A DNA stretch of 64,000 bases, taken from the NCBI GenBank assembly GCA_963514005.1, contig OY740803.1, positions 4,650,001 through 4,714,000 on the forward strand. The letters are read 5' to 3'. The translations under genes were made by a program, and so were the position numbers. Below the pieces are notes generated by a model, which worked only from the letters and a program-made list of their open reading frames with translations, was not told the DNA's origin and made no database searches. Shown piece after piece: positions 54,301-64,000 of this stretch. This stretch comes from Raja brachyura. Taxonomy: Eukaryota. Numbering within the stretch: position 1 is the stretch's first letter; each line of letters opens with the position of its first letter.

Positions 54301-55430
54301 ATTAATATCGTTATTTTGTGTTAAGAATTCACCATTTTCTGATTTAATCCGATGTATTATTTTTTCTCCCTGTATTTTTCGTAATTGGCGAGCCAGTAAT
54401 TTTTGTGGTTTGTCCCCAAATTCAAATTGTATTTGTTTTGTGTATTGATATAATTTAACCACTTGGTCAGTATATATCTTATTTAATTTATATTTTAATG
54501 CAGTAATTTTATTATGTGTTATCATTGTAGGGTTGAGAGCATTTTCTATATCTAATTGTTTTATCTCCATTTCCAGAATATTTTGTTCCTTCCGCTTTTC
54601 TTTGTTGTAAAATGCTTGTGAAGATATCATGATTCCACGAGTAAAAGCCTTAAAAGTTTCCCATAGTAGGGATGGAGATATTTCTGGTTTATCGTTTATT
54701 TCAAAAAAAGTCTTAATCTGCTTTATAATATATTCATTAGTTAATTTATCCTTCAAAATTTGTGGATTAAGGCTCCATTGTCCTCGCATTTTCATGTTAT
54801 CATTAAATTTAATATTAAATGTTAATGGAGCGTGATCTGAAATAATGATACTGTGGTATTTAGAGTTATAGATGTATGGAATAAGCTTTATATCTACAAG
54901 GAAATAGTCAATTCTAGAATATGTTTTATGTACCGAGGAGTAAAATGAATAATCTCGTCCTGTTGGGTGTTCCATTCTCCAAACATCTCTAACTTTACTA
55001 GTATCAATGTATGCATTTATTAAATCACTGGAGTGTGATTTAAATTTCCTCTGTCCTGACGATCTATCTAAATAAGGATCTAAAGTACAATTTAAATCTC
55101 CTCCAATTATTAAATTGTGTTGTGCATGATCAGGAATTGTATTAAATATTTTCTTTAAAAAAATTGGGCTGTCAAAATTTGGGCCATATATATTGGCTAA
55201 TATTACTTTTTGGGCATATAATTCTCCCGTTACAATAATACATCTTCCATCTTTATCAATTATAGTTGATGTATGCTTAAATAAAGTACCTTTACGTATC
55301 AGTATTGCTACACCTCTAGATTTATGAGTAAAAGAGGAATGATATATTTTGTCAATCCATTTAGCCTTTAATCTATGCTCGGCATCTTGTTTTAGATGTG
55401 TTTCTTGAAGAAACGCAACATCAATTTTAA
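51392..55430 (-). mobile_element. 5'-truncated L1 LINE (ORF2 only) with a 178-bp target-site duplication
   Basis: LQETH, GGDLN, SRIDY, SDHAP, DAEKAFD, RQGCPLSP, YADD and a C-terminal Cys motif; poly-A at 51392; flanks 51214-51391 and 55431-55608 are near-identical direct repeats. Confidence 0.95.
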
Positions 55431-55591
55431 GCGAAGGAATAGATGACTTCACTCCATAGACTTCTGAAGAAGAAGGGTCTCGACCCAAAACATCACCTAT
55501 TCCTTCGCTCCATAGATACTGCCTCATCCGCTGAGTTTCTCCAGCATTTTTGTACACTTTAACTTAATTTTCAACTTAATTTTTCATTTAC

Positions 55592-55662
55592 CTGCATGAC
55601 ATTTTCTTGAAAGAGGGATGTTAATGCTGCCAGTCCCATTGTTGCAATTCCAAATGTCATGG
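55592..55662 (-). CDS. SLC5A-family gene exon (71 bp)
   Basis: (A)MTFGIATMGLAALTSLFQENVMQ; tttag| acceptor, cag|gtaaat donor. Confidence 0.92.
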
Positions 55663-55828
55663 CTAAACGAAACAAAACAAAATTGGAAACATAGAAAATA
55701 GGTGCTGGAGAAGGCCATTCAGCCCTTAGAGCCAGCACTGCTATTCAATATGATCATGGCTGATCATCCAGAATCAGTACCCTGTTCCTGCTTTCTCTTC
55801 ATATCCCTTCATTCTGTTAGCCCTAAGA

Positions 55829-56045
55829 CAAAGTTTCCCAACGTTTTTCGTCCCGTTAACCCATGGAAACTTTAGTAGCACGTAACAATAAGATTTTACT
55901 TATTTATGAACAACTAATGATGAACAGATACCGGTTTACCAGAACCAAACACGGTCAGTGAATGAGAAAAAATATGTACAAATCCAGAATCAACAAATTT
56001 ACCCCCTGGGTAGGCAAAATGTACCCCCTGGGTTGGGAACGCTTG
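55829..56045. mobile_element. hAT-type MITE inserted in a CR1 fragment
   Basis: TIR caaagtttcccaac / gttgggaacgcttg; approximate 8-bp TSD ccctaaga / ccctagaa. Confidence 0.7.
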
Positions 56046-56914
56046 CCCTAGAAGCTATATCCAACTCACACTTGAAAACATCTATTGGTAGGAACATACA
56101 GTGTACTGATATTCGGAACACTTTATTTTACATTTCCCACGAGTCAATTTGCTCCTTCCATATGTCCAGACCTCCTTCCCTAACCCTCTCCGTCTCCCTT
56201 CCTCCGAGAATGACCCACCCGGTTGAAGCCGGTAGTTACCACCACAATACGGTGGCGCAGCGGTAGAGTTGCTGCTCTACAGCGCTTGCAGAGCCAGAGA
56301 CCCGGGTTCCATCCTCTCAATAATACAATACAATACACATTTATTGTCATTTAAACCTCAAAAGGAGTTCAAACGAAATTTGGTGTCTGCAGTCACACAA
56401 CAAGAAAAAAACCAAGTCACACAAACATCACAATTTACACAAATATCCATCACAGTGAATCCCCTCCTCACTGTGATGGAAGGCAAAGTCTTGTCTCTCC
56501 CCTGTGTTCCATTCTTCTCCCGATGTTAAAACCCCCGGTGGGCGATGGCAAGCCCCGTGCTGGGCAATGCAATGCCCCGCTCCGGGCCTTAATGCTGAAG
56601 CCCCCGGCCATTTAGATGGCTTTGAACGTTCTTCCTGTGGCCTGTGTGGGTTTTCTCCAAGAACTTCAGTTTCTTCCTACACTCCAGCGACATTCAGGTT
56701 TGTAGGTTAATTGGCTTGTTAGAAATGTTAAAAAAATTGTCCCCAATGTAGGATCATGGTAACGTGTGGGGAACGTTGGTAGACATTGGGGAATTGGGGA
56801 AAATGGAAGAAAAGTGACTTACATCATTCAACAGACTAGGGTGCTATAGGATCGCAGGGACCACATTATCCAACAGTCCAAGTTGGAAAAGCAATGCACC
56901 CACCCAGCTCGAGG

Positions 56915-58053
56915 ATGTGGCCAAGACGCGATGGTCTGAGCTACAGGGAGACGTTCAGTAGGTTGGGTCTCTATTCCTTGGAGCGCAGGAGGATGAGGGG
57001 TGATCTTACCGAGGTGTATAAAATCATGAGAGTCATAGATCGGGTAGACGCACAGAGTCTCTTGCCCAGAGTAGGGGAATCGAGGACCAGAGGACGTAGG
57101 TTCAAGGTGAAGAGAAAAACATTTAATAGGAATCTGACGGGTAACTTTTTCACACAAAGGGTGGAGGGTGTATGCAACAAGCTGCCAGAGGAGGTAGTTG
57201 AGGCAGGGACTCAGGAACTATCCCGAGGTTTAAGAATCAGTTAGACAGGTACAGGGATAGGACAGGTTTGTAGGGATATAGGCCAAACACAGGCATGTGG
57301 GACTAGTATAGCTGGGACATGTTGGCCGGTGTGGGCAAGTTGGGCCGAAGGGCCTGTTTCTTCACCGTATGAGTCTATGACTCTCGATGATCTCCTGACT
57401 TTGAGAACTTTAGATAAAAATACACCTTGGTCAAAAATCAAAGAATGATTGTAGAATCCACCATTTTATTTCTTGCTTTATATTTATCTATTTTTATCTA
57501 TAAACTAGGTTTGCTCATCATAAAAAAAAATGGTGTTTTATCCTAACAATCTCTAACATTCAATCTTGTTTAAAAAGATTGATAGAGTTTGTTCTTCACA
57601 CGTTTGTGGATCTAAAACCGTCCAATTTCACCCCGATATCATCAAACTGTGCGTTCTTTAATATCATTGAAACATATATTGAAACATATGAGATTATTAA
57701 GGGTTTGGACACGCTGGAGGCAGGAAACATGTTCCCGATGTTGGGGGAGTCCAGAACCAGGGGCCACAGTTTAAGAATAAGGGGTAAGCCATTTAGAACG
57801 GAGATGAGGAAACACTTTTTCACACAGAGGGTTGTGAGTCTGTGGAATTCTCTGCCTCAGAGGGCGGTGGAGGCCGGTTCTCTGGAAACTTTCAAGAGAG
57901 AGCTAGATAGGGCTCTTGAAGATAGCAGAGTCAGGGGATATGCGGAAAAGGCAGGAACGGGGTACTGATTGGAGATGATCAGCCATGATCACAGTGAATG
58001 GCGGTGCTGGCTTGAAGGGCCATATGGCCTACTCCTGCACCTATTGTCTATTG
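56915..58053 (+). mobile_element. Two CR1 3' fragments (56915-57380 and 57664-58053)
   Basis: LGLYSLERRRMRGDL..FFTQRV peptides and CR1 3' UTRs. Confidence 0.88.
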
Positions 58054-58147
58054 TATATATGTCACAGCCAATAATCTCGTCACTCTTTCTGTACTTTACT
58101 TTCTGTCCTGTGGGAGTTTCAGAAGCAGATGATATATAAAAGGAAAC

Positions 58148-58269
58148 CTAGAAGCTTTGAGATCCGCGTTCTCTTGCGTTCGGGAAAGTGCGCCCAAGAT
58201 TTGCAGTTTGGCTTTATAATATCTTCCACAAAGACGGCAGCAATAGAGTTGATGCCTGAAGAGATTGTG
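58148..58269 (-). CDS. SLC5A-family gene exon (Na2-site helix)
   Basis: (S)TISSGINSIAAVFVEDIIKP..RISKLL, the SSS-family ST.SS..N..AAV..ED.IKP motif. Confidence 0.94.
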
Positions 58270-58393
58270 CTGTGGACAAGAAAAATAAAGCAATGTTGAA
58301 ATAAGATACAGTATGAACATATGTAAGAACATACAACATACAGTAAGATGCATAAACATGTCAATATTGATCAGACTGAACACTAGTTCTGGT

Positions 58394-58421
58394 CTGAAGA
58401 AGGGTCTAGACCCGAAACGTC
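58394..58421 (+). ncRNA. Minimal hammerhead ribozyme motif (Penelope repeat)
   Basis: ggt-CTGAAGA-A-gggtc-ta-gaccc-GAAAC-GTC-acc; 3-bp stem I (ggt/acc). Confidence 0.65.
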
Positions 58422-59522
58422 ACCTATTTCCTTCGCTCCATAGATGATGCCTCGCCTGCTGAATTTCTCCGGCATTTTTATCTACCATCGATTTTCCGGC
58501 ATCTGCAGTTCTTTCTTAAACAACTAGTTCTGGTCACATCTTTTGTCCCCAATCACTTTTTATCTATCATTAAAATAAATATAACGTTTTGTCCTCTCCA
58601 CATTGGCAGTATACTTTGGGAAGAATTAGCACATTAAAAAAAGTGGAATTTTACATCTGTCCATTTCACACGTTAGCTCAACTCAATTCAGAATTGCCTC
58701 GGCTGCTTGGAAATAAAGTAAATGGACTGCTTGATTCTCCATGATCACATAGGAAGGATGTACCTACTGATAGTGGAGGAAAGAACTGCTGATGCTGGTT
58801 GAAACCAAAGATAGAAGGGTCTCGACCTGAAACGTCGCCCATTCCTTCTCCGCAGAGATGCTGCCTGTCCCGCTGAGTTACTCCAGCATTTTGTTTCTAC
58901 CTAATGATAGTTCTCAGAGACTCTGGTACTAGATTGCAGAATGTTAAGGAAAAGACTGGTTGCTACTTGCTCCCTCATTTCAGGAGTAAATATATTATGC
59001 AGCTAACATTTCAGAAGCTATAATCATATCTACTAACATACAGCTCCCCATTCATTGTTATTACCATCAATTTACACTAATGGCACGGTGGTGCAGCGGT
59101 AGAGTTGCTGCCTTACAGCACTTGCAACCTGGAGATCCAGGTTCCATCCCGACTACAGGTGCTGTCTGTACGGAGTTTGTACGTTCTACCTTGATTCCTT
59201 TAGCCCTAAGAGCTAATCTAACTCTATCTTGAAAACATCCAGTGAATTGGGCTCCACTGTTTTCTGTGGCGGAGAATTCCACAGATTCACAACTCGCTGG
59301 GTGAAAACATTTTCCTCATCTCCGTCCTAAATGTCCTACCCCTTATTCTTAATCTGTGACCCCTGGTTCTGGACTCCCCCAACATCGGGAACATTTTTTC
59401 CTGCATCTAGCCTGGCTAATCCCTTAAGAATTTTACACGTTTCTATAAGATTCCCTCTCATCCTTTTAAATTCCAGTGAATACAAGCCCAGTCGACCCAG
59501 TGTATAATATAACATGACCTAC

Positions 59523-59611
59523 CTCAGTGTGCCACTAAATGCACTTGCAATAAAAAGCCCCGAAGCTCCAGGCACATGAGACAAGATCTCCAAAACTAGT
59601 AACGGTATCAT
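59523..59611 (-). CDS. SLC5A-family gene exon (89 bp)
   Basis: MIPLLVLEILSHVPGASGLFIASAFSGTL(S), matching the PG..GLF.A...SGTLS signature. Confidence 0.94.
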
Positions 59612-59778
59612 CTTGCGAAAGATTTAAAAATAAAAAATAAGTTATTGGGCAACGATTCGCAATATCTGCTATACCATATTAAATAGTTCTTACAATTTGT
59701 CATGGTTCATAAAATGAATTAAGAGAAATGAATACAGTATCAAGTATGATCACTTTAAAAATGAGCTGAGGCTCAATA

Positions 59779-60270
59779 AGGTGCTGGTCTGGCCCATTCG
59801 GAGTACAGTGAGCAAATGTGGGCTCCATATCTGAGGAAGGATGTGCTGGCTCCGGAGAGGGTCCAGAGGAGGTTTACAAGAATGATTCCAGGAATGAGTG
59901 GGTTAGCATATGATGAGTGTTTGACAGCACGGGGCCTGTACTCACTGGAGTTTAGAAGGTTGAGGGGGGACCTCATTGAAACTTACAGAATAGTGAAAGG
60001 CCTGGAGAGAGTGGATGTGGAGAGGATGTTTCCACTGGTGGGAGTGTCTAGGTCTAGAGGTCACAGCCTCAGAATTAAAGGACGCGCTTTTAAAAAAGGA
60101 GGTGAGGAGGAACTCCTTTAGTCAGACGGCGGTGAATCTGTGGAACTCATTGCCACACAGGGCTGTGGAGGCCAAGTCAGCGGATATTTTTAAGGCAGAG
60201 ATAGACAAGTTCTTGATTAGGACGGGAGTCAAGGGTTATGGGGAGAAGGCGGGAAAATGGGATTGGGTGG
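59779..60270 (+). mobile_element. CR1 LINE 3' fragment
   Basis: [39 protein letters not shown]. Confidence 0.88.
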
Positions 60271-60838
60271 CAGAGATCAGCGGAGTGGACTCGATGCTGC
60301 CTGCCTTTTTGAGGCAGCGACTATGATAGATCCCCTCGATGGTAGGGAGGTCAGAGCCGATGATGGACTGGGCAGTGTTTATTACTTTTTATAGTATTTT
60401 CCACTTCTGGGCGCTCAAGTTGCCGAACCAAGCCAGGATGCAACCGGTCAGCAAGCTCTCTACTGTACACCTGTAGAAGTTAGAGAGAGTCCTCCTTGAC
60501 AGACCGACTCTCCGTAATCTTCTCAGGAAGTAGAGGCGCTGATGTGCTTTCTTTATAATTGCATCAGTGTTCTCGGACCAGGAGACCAAAGAGCTGGTGC
60601 CTTGTTGAGGAAATCACATCAACTGCCTGATACTATTCCCAGCTAAATCCCACAACCCCTCAGTCAGAGTATCGTTCTTCAGTGTAAAAGTCAAGAGAGT
60701 CGAGAGTCAAGTCAAGAGTGGTTTATTGTCGTGTGTCCCAGATAGAACGATGATATTCTTACTTGTAGCAGCACAACAGAATGTGTAAACATAGTATGCT
60801 GTGAACAATAGAACAAACAAGAGAGAAAAAAAAGTTCA

Positions 60839-60879
<41 letters not shown>

Positions 60880-61311
60880 CACGTACACATATATATAGAT
60901 CATACACATATATATAGATCATACATACATATGTACACACGCACACACGCACATATCTGTACATACAAAAAAAAACAATAATAGTGAAACACACAAAAAA
61001 ACACTCATGGTAATAGCGTGAACCTTACATTTTCTACACCAGCCATCCCACTGTGTTATACCGTCAAGTATTATTTAGAAAAAGCGGTGACCTATAGACC
61101 ATGCGTGAGGAACTGGGTTGAGATTGGCCAAACCCATGTATCGTAAGACACAGAGACACAGGTGAGGGATGTGCCTTTCATCCGCCTGCACTAATCTCAT
61201 CTCAAGACCAGAGGCTCAGGGGACCAGAGGGGGCTGTGCTAACCTGCAAGGCTGTCCAGATTCTCAAAGACTCCCAAGAAGCTTTGACTTGTTAAACGTG
61301 CATTCATGTAC

Positions 61312-61441
61312 CTGGTTGGTGTTGGTGATTCTGTTTGACTCCATTGGATCACAGTTTTCATAAACAGCATACATGACCAGGCCACACATACACGCAGCAA
61401 CTACCATCACAAGCATCCCGACCCAGTTCAAGAATATCGCC
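61312..61441 (-). CDS. SLC5A5/6/8/12-family sodium/solute symporter exon (most 5' exon found; the gene continues beyond it)
   Basis: 130 bp; AIFLNWVGMLVMVVAACMCGLVMYAVYENCDPMESNRITNTNQ with the GL..Y..Y..CDP motif; all downstream exon phases are consistent. Confidence 0.94.
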
Positions 61442-61493
61442 CTGTATAATAATAAGAAACGGCAGTCAGCGCAGAATTGTAACATTCATGAAA

Positions 61494-61845
61494 TGGACAC
61501 GCAAGAGACAGGAAACATGTTCCCGATGTTGGGGGAGTCCAGAACCAGGGGCCACAGTTTAAGAATAATGGGTAAGCCATTTAGAACGGAGATGTGGAAA
61601 AACTTTTTCTCACAGAGGGTTGTGAGTCTGTGGAATTCTCCCCCTCAGAAGGCGGTGGAGGCCGGTTCTCTGGATGCTTTCAAGAGAGCTAAACAGAGCT
61701 CTTAAAGATAGCGGAGTCAAGGGATATGGGGAGAAGTCAGGACTGGGGCACTGGTTGTGGATGATCAGCCATGATCACATTGAATGGCGGTGCTGGCTCG
61801 AGGGGCCAAATGGCCAACTCCTGCACCTGTTGTCTATTGTCTATT
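61494..61845 (+). mobile_element. CR1 LINE 3' fragment
   Basis: MFPMLGESRTRGHSLRI..FFSQRVVSLWNS; tctattg tail. Confidence 0.88.
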
Positions 61846-62636
61846 TTCATGCATTCCAGCATTGTGAACATGGAAACATTTGTGACTAAAATACTTTCTT
61901 CCAATGAGCCATTAACTTTAAAAGGTTTGGTACGAATCAGGATCCAACTCAGTGCACAAGCAATGAGGTTCTTCACATGGAATTCCAGAGTGTGGTTTTA
62001 AGATAAATACATCTATATCTGCCCTATTGTTGAAGAAAAACAATTCCACATGAGAGGCATAGATCGGGTAGATGCACAGAGTCTCTTGCCAAGAGTAGGG
62101 GAATCGAGGATCAGAGGACAGGTGCAAGGTGAAGGGGAAAAGATTTAATAGGAATCTAGGGGTAACCTTTTCACATAAAGGGTGGTGGGTGTATGGAACA
62201 AGCTGCCAGAGGAGGTAGTTGAGGCTGGGACTATCCCATCGGTTAAGAAACAGTTAAGGACTTGTACTACTGCGGGGACCTAATTTGCGAGTTTAGAAGA
62301 GTTTGCGGCATGGTTCATTTGAACTCGTAGTGCAGTGAAGTGGCGTCACTATGTAGTTATGGGCAGTCGAGGGCAGCCGTAGGCAATCTCCTTTGCTGAC
62401 CCGGCATTTGAATTGGCTCATTGGAGTTTTCAGAATCAAGGAAAACCGACTGGTAGGTAAAATGCCCGCTGAACTTTATTAAAAGTTGTCTGGCTTCTCA
62501 ATAGTGTCTCCAATCCTTCTCCCCCCCTTCTGCCCCCCCCCCCCCCCGCCCCCTCTAAACAACTTACCATACACTGTCCCAGCTGTCTTTTACCTTCCTG
62601 TTCATCACGGGTGTTAATTTCAGACAGCGCTCCCTC

Positions 62637-62817
62637 NNNNNNNNNNNNNNNNNNNNNNNNNNNNNNNNNNNNNNNNNNNNNNNNNNNNNNNNNNNNNNNN
62701 NNNNNNNNNNNNNNNNNNNNNNNNNNNNNNNNNNNNNNNNNNNNNNNNNNNNNNNNNNNNNNNNNNNNNNNNNNNNNNNNNNNNNNNNNNNNNNNNNNNN
62801 NNNNNNNNNNNNNNNNN
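62637..62817. other. Assembly gap (181 N) within a MITE-like element
   Basis: Run of N; a gtgggacaggcct TIR-like end lies at ~62886-62898. Confidence 0.95.
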
Positions 62818-63664
62818 CTCGTGTTTTTTCAGGCGAATGCCCTCGAGCTTGAAGGTCGAAGACAGTTGCTGAAAACTCACGTTAGTGGGACAGGCCTTTT
62901 AGACAGGTGCATGTTAGGACAGGTTTAGGATGGATAAGAACCAAACGCAGGCAGGTGAGACTAATGTAGCTGGGATATGTTGGCCGTTGTGGGCAAGTTG
63001 GGGCGAAGGGCCTGTTTCCACAATGTATCACTCTGTGACTCTAAGAAACTCCATTACACCTGAAAATTATTAATTTATGAATGGGGAGAATAATGAGAGA
63101 ATTTGGAAAGCAGAACAACAAAATAATGTGGGTCTGCTTATGTACCGGTACATATGAACTAGAAGCAGGAGCATCAATTGGCCCCTCATACCTCCTCTGC
63201 TATTAAATCAGATCTTCATAAATTATATCATATCATATATCATATCATATATCTTATCATATCATATTATCATATCTATCTATCTGGTCTGCACTTGGTC
63301 TAGTATACTTTAAAAACTCTGTGTGTTTGTGTGTTTATGTCTGACAGATTTTTGGCCTTGTCACATTTTTGGCCTTTGATTTCATGGTCCGCCAAAACCT
63401 CACGATCAAACTCCGAGATTTTTTCCATTTTGCTAGACATTACACTTTTACATTCACTATGCACTCCTCATCGTGTGATGTCACAATGCCCAATGCTCAC
63501 AGATGTCCAATCGGAATGGATCTCATTTACATATGCCTTTGCTCCAGCCCCAGCCCCGCCCCCCTCCCCCGCCTGATGTTGCAGCACGTTCCATTGTGTG
63601 ATGTCACAATGCCATCCCTCACAGATGGCCAATCCAAATGGATCTCATCTACATATGCCTTTGC

Positions 63665-64000
63665 ACCCACCCCTCTCCCCCTCCCTCCACACTCTTCCCC
63701 CTCCCTCCCCTACCAAATCTCCCCCCTCCCCTCCCTCCCCATCCCTCCCCCCTTCCCCCCCACACCTCTCTCCCCCTTCCCCCCCACACCTCTTTCCCCT
63801 TCCCATCCCTCTCTCCTCCCCATCCCTCTCTCCCCCCTCCATCTCCTTCTCCTCACCCCTCCTCCTCTCCTCCGCCTTCACCTCCCACCCCAATCCCTCT
63901 CCCCAACTCCCATCCCTCACTCCCCCACCCCTTTTCCTCTCCCCTACCCCCCTTCCCTCTCTCATCCCACCCCTTTCCCCCTCCACCTCCCCACTCTTCC
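63665..64000. repeat. C-rich polypyrimidine low-complexity tract
   Basis: Almost only C and T with many C runs (G runs on the minus strand). Confidence 0.9.

Noticed and set aside
53398-55557. 719-aa ORF as a domesticated RT gene
   Set aside because: Its N-terminus is fortuitous read-in from the duplicated Penelope flank; the remainder is truncated L1 ORF2 that breaks just after YADD.

Overview
Vertebrate genomic DNA, most likely a cartilaginous fish (skate/ray type, inferred from HER1-like CR1 LINEs, HE1-like V-SINEs and Penelope repeats). Three host genes are visible. (1) The last two coding exons of IRE1/ERN1 (+, 1607-3918). (2) A SAMD9/SAMD9L-family antiviral gene (+). One 4.1-kb exon (25321-29405) encodes a Schlafen-like/AlbA_2 nuclease, SIR2-like, P-loop NTPase, TPR and OB regions but no SAM domain; three small predicted upstream exons follow an ISRE-like motif at 12714. 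(3) About ten 3' exons of a divergent SLC5A5/6/8/12-family sodium/solute symporter (-, 61441 down to about 45500), convergent with the SAMD9-like gene. Much of the rest is transposon-derived: three L1s, a near-intact CR1 with an SGNH-esterase ORF1, many CR1 3' ends, Penelope fragments with minimal hammerhead-ribozyme motifs, SINEs and non-autonomous DNA transposons. Highlights are the apparently SAM-less, possibly interferon-controlled SAMD9-like gene; an L1 whose first nick fell inside an SLC5A coding exon but whose 178-bp target-site duplication left exon and splice donor intact; and Arg/Asp substitutions in the predicted substrate pocket of the transporter. Exon models were read by eye from splice signals, phase and remembered homology; no searches were run, and repeat boundaries are approximate.
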